A DNA stretch of 64,000 nt from Chiloscyllium plagiosum (taxonomy: Eukaryota), in contig NC_057754.1 of assembly GCF_004010195.1 (NCBI RefSeq), positions 1,650,823-1,714,822 of the forward strand. Direction: 5' to 3'. The position numbers and the translations under genes are program-made. Of this stretch, positions 24,291 through 37,417 are shown piece after piece; the first letter of the stretch is position 1; every line of letters begins with the position of its first letter. A model generated the notes under the pieces. The model had not been told where the DNA came from. It did no database searches and saw nothing but the letters and a program-made list of their open reading frames with translations.

Positions 24291-24864
24291 TGAAAATGAC
24301 TGACTGAAGTTATTGTTTGCAAGGGGTGAAATGGGGACTGTCCTCCTCTTTAGCTCTGCCCATTGATGCTTTCTAAAGCTCAACCTACATTTTTTGAGTT
24401 ATGTGTTTTCATATTTTATGCTCAGAAATATGACTGCCTGTTAGATGAAGTAAGAGGTTGTCACTACAGTTTAACACACAAACTTGCTGCACTATTCTGA
24501 ACCTATGCTATTGGTACCAGCTCTTTCTCCTACTCAGCAAGTTGCTGAACTCAAAATGGGGCTGTGAGAAGGAGCATGCACTTCAAATAGAAGGAGGAAC
24601 AAAATATTTAACACTATTCTCACTATCAGAGGAATTCTAAAATTTTAGACATCTGAAAAGAAATATAATTAATGTACAAGAGTTAATTACACCAGTCACA
24701 AACCTTAAGCAAGATTAGAAGATATTTCACTGCAATATACTGGTTGTGTGGAATTGACTGTCTGGAAAGATAATTTGATACTTTGATAAATACATAGCAC
24801 CTTCCCAAGACACTTGAGAAGACACTTCTTATTAACAAACCAAGCTTCATGCAGAACTGCTTAA

Positions 24865-25075
24865 GGAGATATGGTCGGATGACCAGAGGCTTGGTCAAAG
24901 AAGCAGCTTATTCAGAGTGTCGTGAAGAGAAGAGAGGAGTTGAGATTTTGGGAAGAAACCCCAGAGTATACAACCTTGGTTTAAAGGTGTGGCTGTCAAT
25001 GGTGGATTGATTAAAAAAATTATTGGGAATGTTCAAAAGGCCAGAATTAGAGGATTGTAGCAATCCCATAGGCTT
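24865..25075 (-). mobile_element. L2-type LINE 3' fragment
   Basis: GATGACCAGAGGCTTGGTCAAAGAAG..GGCTGTCAATGGTGG resembles 62925-63130. Confidence 0.5.
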
Positions 25076-25528
25076 AGATCAATGTCTCACAAGAAAGAGA
25101 GGGAGTTTCTAATTGATTCACTTGAGGTTAAGAAGAGAGTTGCGATTTTTGGATTAGAATCTGGAGTAAGCTTGCTAGGTCATCTGAATGATTTTGACTT
25201 TGCGAAAACAGAAAAATGAGGTTCCTAATATTTTCTCCTTTTGTCTACTTCTGTTAGTCATTTGATGTTATTCAGTACACAGTGTGATCATGACCTATGG
25301 AGCAGTTACTGAGCCTCGTAGTCTGAGAAGCTAATTATAGATCAGTAAGACATACAAAATACCCAGGTTAAGATCTGGCCTTGTTAATTCAACGTACTAT
25401 TCATATTAAGTCTGCTTCTCCAAGTCAGTCTCCCCTTCCCTTCTCGCATTTTCATTGACGTTTATGACCAAGCTAAAATAGGCAAAAAATGTACAGACAA
25501 GAGTAAGAGTGTTAAATTTAGTTAGTTT

Positions 25529-26100
25529 TTAAAGATTAGATTAGATTCCCTACAGGGTGGAAACAGGCCCTTCGGCCCAACTAGTCCACACTGATCCTCT
25601 GAAGAGTAACCCACCCAGACCCATTTCCCTCTGACTAATGCACCTAACACTTTGGGAAATTTAGCATGGCCAATTCACCTGGCCCACACATCTTTGGATT
25701 GTGGGAGGAAACCGGAGCACCCGGAGGAAGCCCACACAGACACAGGAAGAATGTGCAAACTCCACACAGACAGTCACCCAAGGCTGGAATCAAACCTGGG
25801 ACCCTGGTGCTGTGAGGCAGCAGTGCTAACCACTGAGCCACCATGCCACCCAGAGACTGTAGGGCTGCTCTCTCATTAGAGAGAGACAACTGGTGGTGAT
25901 TTAACTTGAGGGCCACCATAAGGGGCAGTGCTGAGTCCTGAAATTATTTGTGATATATGGAAACTAAATAGAAGAAAATTTAGAGGGATGGTAAGTAAGT
26001 TTGCAGATGACATGAAAATTGGCCAAGTAGTTGACAGTGAGGAAGAAGGTACAAGGAGGGCATAACTTTTAGGTGAAAGGCAGGAGCTTTAGAGAGGATT
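25529..26100 (-). repeat. Inverted copy of the composite at 4691-5243, including an HE1 SINE (25533-25850)
   Basis: Both loci give the same peptide, ILSKAPAFHLKVMPSLYLLPHCQLLGQFS, and the nucleotides align directly. Confidence 0.92.
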
Positions 26101-28239
26101 GGAATGACCATGAGCTGAATTGTCCTCTCCCTGTAGATGACAAGGCAGGGAAACAATTGACAACTTTGGCCTGGAGAAACATTTATCCTCTTCTTGCCAC
26201 TCTGCAATTAAGTGCTGGTGAGAAGGTCCATGAGTCTTTCTCTTGACTAGCTAGCAATTAAGACTTTTAAAATGGCTAATTAACGAGAAGAAAAAGGAGA
26301 AACAGACCTTATTAGCAAAGGATCCTCCAAGGAGTATGCCTAAACCAGTGGACAATGGAATCCAGAAGCTGCCCCCTTCTGATCAGCTGACCGAGGTTGC
26401 CAATTCAGAAGCCTCACTTGCCTCCCAATTTTCAGTGAGCTGATTGGTGTGTGATTAGGTGAGTTGTACCATAGGTGAGTTATCACTGGCATGCTCACCC
26501 CACACTTCGTCCAAAAACAATGAAAAATTGCATCCCGTGTGTACTATTGGGTATTATATCCAACACATTTAATCCTTTCCACACAAAAAAAAAGCTTATT
26601 TCAAAAGGGCAGACTAACAGGAAAGTCAATATCTCACATACCAAATTACTTGGATGGTTAGTAATTACAGTATGTGATTTGAAAATCCTTTGAACTAATT
26701 TATTAAAGCATTATGAATGGGTCACATTTTATGCTGAATCCATACTCATCAATACTTTCATCATTCCATGGACTCAAAGCTAGCCATGTAAAGCAAACAA
26801 TTATCAGAGCTGTTTACTAGAGTGCTTCTGAGGGGTAATCAGAAAATAATTATACATAGAATTTGTTTTTTTTTGTTTAGGTAATTGTTTATAGTTGTTG
26901 GTTTTGTGCAGAGATGTATTGGCTTTGAGCTTTGCAACTCTGCTGTTTTGACAGGTTCTGCGTGTGAATCTTTCTGAGAGCACACGATCTTTTGCAAGTT
27001 TTCCCCATTTTATAGATTTGGGTGTATTTGAGCTGCAGCAGAATTTGCCTTCGAATAGATTTCAGTTGAGGTTTAGGTATTTTAATCTTTTTAAAGCATG
27101 GATTTTACAATATCAGTAGTTCCATTGCAATAGATTGTCACTTAAATTGCCTTTTATTCCATTCGTAGTGAGGTACTTTGCATGTGGGATAAGTAAAATG
27201 ACCAGGCAAAGAAATTGAATAGAAATGAATGACATACATTGATTAGGTGACTAGTTAGATGCCTAACATTGAAGTATTCCTGAGTGGGTGACCTGAATTT
27301 GAGCAATGCTGACATTTGAGATTCCTTACATCATGATTTTCTTTCTCCTTTCAGTTTTGAATTGGGTCAGTAGGTAGCTTAGGGAAAATAACTTGAGGGG
27401 GAGTATGATAGGGAGAGTATCTCTCTACACTTTGATTAAGCATACTGTCTGGTGAATCCATCAGTGGGTGGATAGGTGGTACTTGTGATTGCAAATAAAT
27501 ACATTGAAGGAGGCTATTCAGTCCCTCTTAACTCATCTATCCAAAGCAAAATGTCATTTTGGTCCAAATCACATCACCCTCTAATGGATTTCGAATTAAT
27601 CTCAGATTTCTTTACCTCCACCATCCCATCGAGAAAATCATTGAAGTATTTGTCACTTGTTGCATGACAGTGTTTCTCCTGATAACTTAGGATATACCTT
27701 TTCTCCACTTTCAGTCTATGCAGCTTTGTCTTGGCATCCTTTGAAAGAAATAATGCTATTGGTTTACTTTGTATTATTTAATACTCTATGTGCGTCGACA
27801 AAGTATATATATGTCTAGCTTTTTAAACAAGTGAAGTAGAAGAGGGGAATGGTGCACCCTTTGGAAGGATTTAGAATAAATAAATGTTTCAGTTTTGATT
27901 AACGTTGCAATGACATATTTCTAAACATATCTACATTTGTCTTGAACAATATGTTCATTTTTTTCTTGTTGCTGGGCAAAGGTCACGAAACATTGAGAAG
28001 TAGATCAGATCAAGCAAACTATTTCTGATTTTTATGTTTAATTTGGAGTAATCTGATGTAGTCTGAAGGCAATCAGATTTTTGAAGACAGACATAAATGA
28101 CTTACAATTTCTGTGTTTTTTCCCCAAGATTTCCAAATTGGCTGCTTGCCAGCTGTTGTCTGAAAATGTTATTATTGGTTGGGAGGCACCTAAAAGTATA
28201 TTAAGAGGTTGTGATTTCTTAGTTTTCTTCACTGGCATA

Positions 28240-30695
28240 TGTTGATAATAGAAGAGATTGTGGTGATGGTAATGCCATTGAACATAAGGGGAGATTTTTA
28301 GATTCTCACTTATTGGAAATGATCATTGCTTCGAACTAAAGTTTAAACCTGGATGTTTTCCATGCCTTGCTGAACCTGGACATGGACTACTCAAGTTTCT
28401 GAGGAGTGGCAAATGGTGCTGAACATTATGCAATCATCAGTAATTTTCACTTCTGACTTTATAATGGAGGCAAAGTCCCTGATGAAATATCTGATGCTGG
28501 TTGACCCCAGGACACTATCCTGTTGAACACTTGAAATGATGCCCTGAAACTGAGATGACAGACCTGCAAAATACCCAGTCGTGTTCCTTTGGCTCCAACC
28601 AGCAGATAATTTTCCTCTGATTCCCATTAGCTCTAATTTTGCTTGGGCTCCAGGATGCTGTATTTGGTCAAATGTTGCCTTGATGGCCATAGATAATCAT
28701 TGTCACCTCAACTTTGGAGTTCAACTTCTTTGTCCATATTTGGACTAAGATTTGGATGAGGTCAGGAGCTAACTGGCCCTGGCAGAACCCAAACTGAGTG
28801 ACAGTAAGGAGGTCAATCCTGAGCAATTGCCATTTGATCGTACTTTCAACAACCCCTTCTATCACTTTGTGATTGTGAATCAATTGATGGGGCAATAACT
28901 TCTGGGTTGGATATATCCTACTTTTCATGTACTGGACGTACCTGCACAATTTTCCATATTCCTGACTAGATACTAGTGTTGTCACTGTAGCTTGGCAAGA
29001 ACTAAAACTAGCACTCTGGTTTTTAGTACTATTTCAGGAATGTTGCCAGGACCTTGGCCATTGCAGTTTCCAGTCTCTTCAGCTTTTTCTTGACAGCAAT
29101 TGAATTGGAGACTAGTGTTTATGATGTTTGTTACCTCAGCAGGAGACCGAGAAAGATCATCTGCTCAGCACTTGTAACTGAAGTTGGACGCAAATACTTC
29201 AGCCTTGTTCTTTGAACTGATGTGCTGGCCTCATCCACTTTGGAGGATGGGTATATCTGTGGAGCTTCTTCCTCAGTTGTTTGATTGCTCACCACATTTA
29301 CAACTGGATATGGCAGGATTGCAAAGCTTATATTCAATCCATTGGTAATGGAATCACCTAGCCCTACCCATTGCATCCCTCTTTTGTTGTTTGACATGCA
29401 AGTGTGTTGTGGTTTCACCAGGTTGTTGACTCATTTTTAGTGGCTCGTGGCATGTCCACCTGCATTCTTTATTGAACCAAAATTTATCCTCACCTTGATG
29501 GTAATGGTAGTGGAGAAAATGCAGGCATTGAGGTTACAGAATGTCGTTGAATATAATTCTGCTGCTAAATAAAATTGTTTTGCTGCTGATGGTCCACAGT
29601 GCCTCATGAATGATTAGTTTTAAATTGCTAGATCTGTTTGAAATCTATCCTATTTAGCACAATGGTAGTGCCACATCACATGATGGAGGGTATCCTCAAT
29701 GTGAAATCGGGACTTTGTCTACACAAGGACTCTTACAAGTCATTCCTCCCAGCACTGTCATGGAAAATGCATCTGCAACAGGTATTCATGAGGTCACATA
29801 CATTTTCCCTCTGGTTAGTTTGTGTACTTCTTGTTGCAGACTTGGTTTAACAACAATGTCCTTTAGGACTGGTCAGCTTGGTCAGTATTGGTGCCACTGA
29901 GCCACTGAAATCTTCCACCTAAGTACATGTGTGTTCTTGCCACTCTTGCTGCTTCTTCCAATTCGTGTTAAACACAGAGAACCTTTGATTTATCAGGAGA
30001 GAGGAGAGGGGAGACTCTACGTGGTAATCAGCAGTAAATTTCCATACCATGTTTGACCTGATGCCACGAGACATCATGATCCTTCAGAATCAATATTGAG
30101 TACTCCCAGGGTAACCCATTTCCAATGTGCTGGTACCTCTGCATGCCTGTCCTGGAAGTGGGACAAGACGTAGCCAGAGATGGTGATGGTGGTGTCTAGA
30201 CATTGCCCATAAGATATTATTCAAGTGTTTCCATAAATATGCTGTCAGGCAGTTGCTTGACTAGTCTGTGGTGAGATCTCACAATTTTGCACAAGCCCCC
30301 AGATGTCAGTAAGGAGATCTTTGAAGGATTGTCAGAGTTGTGCGTGCCTTGGTCATTTCCTCTTCCTTGGTCAATGCTGGGTAGTCCATCTTGTTTTGCT
30401 CCTTTCTTTAGATTATGTAGCAGTTAAATACAAGTGAACGGCTTACAAGGCCGTTTCAGAGAACAGTTAAGATATTTCTGTGGATCTGGAGTCACACGTA
30501 GGTCCGATCAAGTGAGGATATTAGTGAAGCAAATGGCTTTTTACAATCAACAATGGCTATATGGTTACCATTAGACTAGCTATTAATTTCAGGTTTACTA
30601 ACTTCACTCAAACTTTACCATGGGATTTGAATCTATGTCTTCAATTGGTTCTCTGGATTACTGGTCCAGTGAAATTATCACTACTCCACCAGCAC
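28240..30695 (-). mobile_element. Old CR1-clade LINE (second lineage): tRNA-like 5' head, endonuclease and RT remnants
   Basis: Minus-strand remnants LLTDIWGLV..HRLVKQLPD (about 30320-30230), NLLLITT (about 30020-30040), TQFGFCQG, IKATFD and VQQDSVLG. Confidence 0.8.
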
Positions 30696-30764
30696 ACCTG
30701 ACACAGTTCAATATTCATTTTTAATAAAGCAACCTTTGTTGGTTTACATTAGATACATTGCATT

Positions 30765-31055
30765 ACTTATAGTGTGGAAACAGGCCCTTCGGCCCAACAA
30801 GTCCACACCGACCTGCTGAAGCGCAACCCACCCATACCCCTACATTCACCTAACACTACGGGCAATTTAGCATGGCCAATTCACCTGACCTGCACATCTT
30901 TGGACTGTGGGAGGAAACGGGAGCACCCGGAGGAAACCCACGCAGACACGGGGAGAATGTGCAACTCCACACAGACAGTCGCCTGAGGCGAGAATTGAAC
31001 CCAGGTCTCTGGCGCTGTGAGGCAGCGGTGCTAACCACTGTGCCACCGTGCTGCC
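30765..31055 (-). mobile_element. Young HE1-type V-SINE (CpG-rich)
   Basis: GGCAGCACGGTGGCACAGTGGTTAGC head with intact CpGs. Confidence 0.92.
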
Positions 31056-31877
31056 AATGAATGGTATTATGTCTTTTTGTCTTAAGGACAAATAGGAAGT
31101 GAAAAAATAGGAGTAGGTTGTACAGCCTGTTGAGCCTGAGTCTTTTGAAACCAAGAGAAAATAATGGAATCAGAAAGAAGCAATTTTGAGCTGTTTCAAC
31201 TCTGAATTATCATGCAAAGATGCCTATTTTGTGAGGTGAGACTATTAGTTCATTGTGCTTTCTAATCAATAAATCTCAGTCAAGGAACTGAGAAATGAAT
31301 TGGTAACTCTTTGAACCTTTGAGAATCTGGTGGCTGCCTGCACACCAAGCCTGTCTAGACATTGAACCTGTTGGTATTCATCTTGAGCATTTATCTGCTT
31401 GATGGAGCACTAATTAAAAGGAAAAGAAGATCATTATTGCTTTATTAAAAAAAATGTCAGTGTAACTGGACAGATGAGCCTCCTGTAGAGAACGAAGTAC
31501 TGTCTGATTTGTGGAAAAGATAATAATTGTGGTCTGGGCTGCTGTGTCTTTATCATACTTGATAGTGTATACTGGTTGTAGAGTTCCACAGCCAAAGAAT
31601 CTGAATTTTACTGTCTTTAACATAGTTGGATAAATAACCCAAAGGCAGATGAGGGGAATTCTTTTCCACTGCAAGTATTTATGCGCTGCTTGCAAGGGAG
31701 AAGATTCAGTAGTAACTTTCAAAACGGGAACTGGGTATATACCTTAAAGGTAAAACATGGGGCATTGCTTTGTTGGATGAGCAAAGGGTGGCTGGGGCTA
31801 ATTTTCTCTCAAAGAGCCAACACAATCTGATGGATGGAATGGTCTGCTGTGCTGTATCATTCTTTTAAGTAGTAGGA

Positions 31878-32095
31878 AGTCAGTTAGCTCAGTTGGTGTG
31901 TTAGCTGGCTTGTAGTGCAGAGTAATGCCAACACAATGGGTTCAATTTCCAGACTGGCTGAGGTGACTATGAGGACACTCCTTCTGAAATTTTCCTTTGC
32001 CTGAGGTTTGGAGATCCTCAGGTTAAACCATCACTGTCATCTCTCTCCCTAATGAATGAACAGCCCTGTAGCCTAGTAAAACTGTGGTCAACTGC
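31878..32095 (+). mobile_element. tRNA-derived SINE (third family)
   Basis: TAGCTCAGTTGG A box, GGGTTCAATTTCC B box, and CCTGAGGT..CCTCAGGTTAAACCA core. Confidence 0.7.
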
Positions 32096-32249
32096 CCTTC
32101 AAAAGTACATTATGGCCATGAACAAAGTCCCAACAGTTCGATAATAGTTAGAGTTCTGTAATTTTGCTTTCAATTACTAGAAGTTATATCTTTGATATCT
32201 GTGAGCTTACTAATCACCATTCTAAGCTGGGTTTTGCTGTTGAGTCTGA

Positions 32250-32415
32250 AAGCAAAATGTTGCATATGCTGGAAATCTGAAATAAAACAGAAAATGTTGG
32301 ATATGTTCAGCAGGTTCTGAAGAAGAGTCATATTGGACTGAAAATGTTCCTGCGGTTTCTCTCTACACAAATGCTGCCAGATCTGCTGAGTTTCTCCAGC
32401 ATTTTCTGTTTTTAT
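32250..32415. mobile_element. Older fold-back PLE-derived element with decayed hammerhead
   Basis: AATAAAACAGAAAATG and CATTTTCTGTTTTTATT inverted arms; central CTGAAGA-A-GAGTC..GACT-GAAA. Confidence 0.65.
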
Positions 32416-35400
32416 TGTGATGAAGTGCCCTGGTTTAGGATTTAAAGAGGGAGTACGTTTATAAGATACGTACTCTAGACAATGGGTGTTATACAGGTTA
32501 ATGCAGAGGAATTCAAATGTGGAGCAGAGTGCTTCTGCACATATTATATTCTGTCCTCTTACTTTGATTCAGTTGGCAAGAAACCTGCTGTTGACTAGTT
32601 TGGTGTTTTAACTGCCAATTTCCAGAATGATGGGAGTATTGGAAAATTTGTTGGAAATGTGGGCATTAAACCAATAGCTTTTTTTGTGAAGTTTTCTTTT
32701 AAACAAAATGTATTAACTGTTGAAACCAGAGAATGAGTTGAATTTGAACATTTCAGAAAATTAAGCTTCAGATATTCATTATGACTTACATATGCTGTCC
32801 AGCCTTGAACCAGAGATATGTGTTGGAAGCCAACAGTATCTCACCAGGATTTTAAAACAGTAGTGGAATGTTCTGCTCCCTCAATTAGTGAAAGGGGTTG
32901 CAAGGAGGGAAAATAATTGGGTGAGAAACCCATTCTCTCCTTGTCATCTTGGCAAATAAATGGTACGTGAGATGGTCCTTCAACGACTTTCTCAACTCAC
33001 CAGCATATAAGGCCCTTAATATTCAATTAATGGCCACTTATGAGCCTAAACTCTTCACTGCCTGATGATCTACCTTCACAGCGAGAAAACATGCCTGCCA
33101 ACTTTGAGGGAGTCCTCCAATTGCCCTAAGCTCTTTGCAGTTGGAACCATGGATGGCAAATATTGAGGTGGCCTCTGAAAGGTGGACTTCAGCACTCAGA
33201 TTTACCAGTCTCTGATTGGCCAGCAGCTTCTGGCCACCTAACATACCAGTGTTGAGGCACCTAATAGGGCAGGAGACTTGCCCACGTGCTGCCTGATTAG
33301 CTCTTAATGAGCTGATAGACATGTGATATACTGCGTTATTTCATTGGTCAGGGGCATTGTGTTAATTGCCACCTACCACACTTGACCCCACATTTTAACA
33401 AAAACGGGAAAATCTTAACCAATGTGCTAATTGAATGTATTAAAGATTTGCAGTTGTATGGTACCTCTGGTCCCCCAGAAATGCAGAACATCGTGATAGT
33501 GGCCAAGTCAATTTGTCATGCTGTTTTGACCGCATGTGTTTTATTGTAGCAAATATTGGGAATGTATCTGGTTAGATCATTTTGGCTTCTATATCTCTAA
33601 GTCTGAAAGGAGAATATCGTATAAAATATACTGGTCTACTTTAGATGAGAACTTTGGTTAAAGTGTGATTTTTTTTTCTAATGTGTTTTGGTGAGTGTAG
33701 CTTAATGGGAAAGAACTGATAGGACTTAGTGTTCACAAAATTCTCTGCTCCTGTGGTTTTTCTTCACTTCACTCCGCCTTCTTTTGTAGACTAATTGGTA
33801 GGAACTGATTATTGAGATCAGCCAACATCTCCATTATCATTATATTATCCAGGACAGTAGAAGGCAAACCACAGTAATTCTTGTGTTATAGATAGACTAA
33901 ACATTCCTGGTGACAACACTGTGAAAGATATTAAAGACCAAAGACAGTAGTAAGTGTCAGAAGTCGTATTAGTTCAGTTTCCTTTTGGTTTTATGCATAC
34001 ATCAGTTATTTATGAGATGCAGAACTGATTGTGGAAACACAATTTTCTCAGAATATTGCCAAATCCTTTATCTACCTAAATATGTTTACCAAAATAATGG
34101 CATGTGAAAAGGTTTTGGGTGACCAATGTCATAAGGATTACTCTTGATAGTTATTCTCTTGATAGTTAAAGCTGATGTTAGTTTACCTTACCAGTCAGGG
34201 GTACAGCATTGCACAGAAGCAAGCTGAGAAATGAGGATGATTTTAATGAAGGTTCCTATGTGAAATTAATTCTTGTGTTAAAATAATAAGAAGGGAAATT
34301 AGATCTAAACACGCTAAGCATTCATGAATTAATATCACCAGCATTCATTTCTAAGCTTTTGTCAAATCATTTTGAAGGAAATAAAGAAGTTTGATTGATA
34401 TAGCATTTTACCATGTCTTTGAGGCATGCTAGTTGCTTTACAGTGATGAATTATCTTTTTGGAACGCACACACTGTTTTGTAGGAAAATAATGATGGTCA
34501 ATTTGAGGGAAGAATGTTGGCTGAGATAATACTTTGACTAACTTTAAATTGTGCAGTCTCTTGCCTAATCTGAAAGATGACTGTACTGATAATGCAGCAT
34601 TCCTTCACTGTCATACTAGATTGCTTCAGCAGTACAATCAAAATCTATTGTAGGTTGTTGAGAACAGTGGTGATTAAAAAATACCCCAACGTATTAAATA
34701 TCACTGCATTAATAGGCTGAAGATGTGACTCTTCTATTGCATATAAATTTGTAGTGAAAATTAAAATATTCGTACTGTTAGTCTCTGCTTTGTATGATAC
34801 AGTAGGAGGAATAAGAAATTTACACTAGTTTGTAACAGCATTGCTAAATCTCCCATAAGGTCATTTGCTCCTTATTATCTATAATATGGCTGTGAGACCC
34901 AGTAACACAAATATCCTCACTGGCTAGAATAATTGGTCTGTAATGTTTCATTTTCCGTCCTGTTGGAAAGTGTTACTTACAAAGTAACCGTGAATGAAAT
35001 CAGGAACTCAGACCTGCTCAATCATTTCACAGTACAGTGTATTTCATCATTCTTGAGAATGACTGGACTAAAGCATTGGTTGAGACCATTAGCCTCAGCA
35101 AAATGTCAGTGAAAAAAGCTGCTTAATATTGGAGTCTTGTTCAGAGTAAATAATGCCATTCAACCATATTTTCCACGACATCTTTAATCTTAAACTGTGG
35201 ACCTAATTTTCACATCCTGGTGTAAATGAGATCCAAACAATTAAAACATGCTGATCCCTCCATAATGCTGAAGTACTATTAAGTGCATTCTATCCAAATG
35301 CATAATTAGTCATAGACCCATAGGCAGATGTAGCTAGGTGCAGAATGTAAATTAGTGCAACAGGTGTCTCAATATTTTCATATGTTGCCCTTGAAATGGC

Positions 35401-35582
35401 TGTGATGAGGAAGGATGAGACTGTGAATGTCCATCTCCTTCTGGAATGTACCTTTGTAAAAAAAAAAGTTTGGAAACGTGGTTTTGGTCAAGTACATCCA
35501 GAGCAGTGGCTTCGTGACTAAAGGCTCTTTGTTCTATAGGTTGTTCCCAGCAAGGCACATTAAAATAAACATCTTAGTGAGC

Positions 35583-35682
35583 TCTGGGAAGGGTCACTTG
35601 ACCCAAAACATTAACTCTGATTTCTCTCCACAGATGCTGCCAGACCTGATGAGCTTTTCAAGCTATTTCTGTTTTTATTTCT
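35583..35682 (+). mobile_element. Older PLE terminal fragment with decayed hammerhead
   Basis: CTGGGAAGGGTCACTTGACCCAAAACATTAACTC..CAGATGCTGCCAGACCTG; near match at 56158-56258. Confidence 0.65.
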
Positions 35683-36399
35683 GAGATAAGCATCAACTGA
35701 GGCTGGAAGACCAGTGCTTGGTGAAATACCCTCTTTAGTCTTCCTGATACTTGCAGGTCTTCCACTGAGCTTTTCCTGCCTGAGTGCTGCTGTCTGGCAC
35801 ATTCCAAGATCTAGGACTGCATGAATGCATTAAAGCTCGCTGTAAGAGCTACAATGAGGAAAAATTGCTGACTAAGGCGTTTCAACCATAGTATACAGAG
35901 GGGCAGGAAACTCGGGCCTTTTCGCTGATGTGGAATGTATGCAGTAAATATCATAGTCATAGAGATCTCCAGTGCAGAGAAAGGCCCTTTTGTCCATCTT
36001 GTCCAAACCAGGCAAAAACATTCACCTGATTATTCTAATCCCATTTACCAGCACTTGACCAATAGCCTTATCTTGTTGATTGTTTCGTGGCATCAATGAA
36101 TCAAACATGAAGACAGCTAAATTCTATTGCACTTTTGAAGACTGTTCCCCACAGCGTTAGCCAAATAGATGTAACACTATAAACTGGTGTCATATTGGCA
36201 GGTATAGTCAGGAATGTTTTACAGGCTGTAGTTCACACTGGCTTGACCTTCTCATGCAGTAGCATGTCAAATGTGGCATATTTAAATTGGATTTGGTCAG
36301 GCATTTACATAAATATGTGTCTCAGGACTAATACTGCAAACTACTTTTAAAGTTGAAGCCCCTGCATGCATCAATCATGCATCGCCAAAGCAATATAAT

Positions 36400-36945
36400 G
36401 AGCAGATCAGATGCTGTTGTAGTGACTCACCTTCTGACGCTTCAAAGCCAGTGCATCATCTACAAGGCATAAGCCAGGAGTGTTTAGAATGCTCATATTT
36501 GTCTGGATGGATGCAGCTCCAACAACACTAAGGAAGTTCTTCACTTTCCAACTCACATGATTGGCACCAATTTAAATATTCATTCACTTCATGACTGGTG
36601 TACAGTGGCAGCAGTGAGTACCACCCACAAAATGCAGTGCAGCAACTCATTAAACCACCTTTGACAGCACTTTCTAAACCTGTGAAATCTACCATCCAGA
36701 AGTACAAAGGCAGCAGATACATGGGAGCACCACCACCTGCAGGTTCCCCTCTGAGTCACAACTATCCTGATTTGAAAATACATCGCCGTTCCTTCAGTGT
36801 CGCTTGGTCAAAATCCTGGAACTCTCTTCCTGACAGCATTGGGGTGTTCCTACATCAAACGGATTGTAGCAGTTCCAAAAGGCAGAACAATGAGGGATAG
36901 ATAATGAGTTCTGGTTTAAGCAATTATATCCACAAATGTATAAAA
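36400..36945 (+). mobile_element. Old CR1 (second lineage) 3' fragment
   Basis: CATCTACAAGGC..GATGCAGCTCCAACAACAC..GGTCAAAATCCTGGAACTC; related fragments at 38840-39200, 53720-54310 and 63240-63595. Confidence 0.75.
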
Positions 36946-37182
36946 AAGAGAAGTAGCTCCCATGTAGGCAGAGGACTTCTCTTGCAGGCTAACCGTCTGG
37001 CAACCTTTAGATGCCGCTTTGATTTTTCCAATCATCTTAGATGGCAGAGATTACATTTTGAAAAGTATGATAGACAAATCTCAACTTATAAAAATTTTGA
37101 AGTATTCTCATTGTGTTCTCAATAATTATTGATCATTTTAAGGAAGTAACAAAGACCCTCCTCATTTGGCTTTGAATATACA

Positions 37183-37394
37183 GAGGAGAAAGTGAGGTCT
37201 GCAGATGCTGGAGATCAAAGTTGAAACTTTATTGCTGGAACAGCACAGCAGGTTAGGCAGCATCCAGGGAACAGGAGATTCGACGTTTCGGGCACAGGCC
37301 TGAAGAAGGGCCTGTGCCCGAAACGTCGAATCTCCTGTTCCCTGGATGCTGCCTAACCTGCTGTGCTGTTCCAGCAATAAAGTTTCAACTTTGA
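37183..37394 (-). mobile_element. Young fold-back PLE-derived element with 15-bp TSD
   Basis: 86-bp inverted arms at 37215-37300 and 37309-37394; TSD CTTTGAATATACAGA at 37170-37184 and 37389-37403; hammerhead core at 37300-37331 (+). Confidence 0.92.
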
Positions 37395-37417
37395 ATATAC
37401 AGATCTGTAATCCAGTT

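Noticed and set aside
32830..33420. Possible non-autonomous DNA transposon (also 26110-26537 and 57038-57299)
   Set aside because: The termini are only weakly complementary and too decayed to call without a search.
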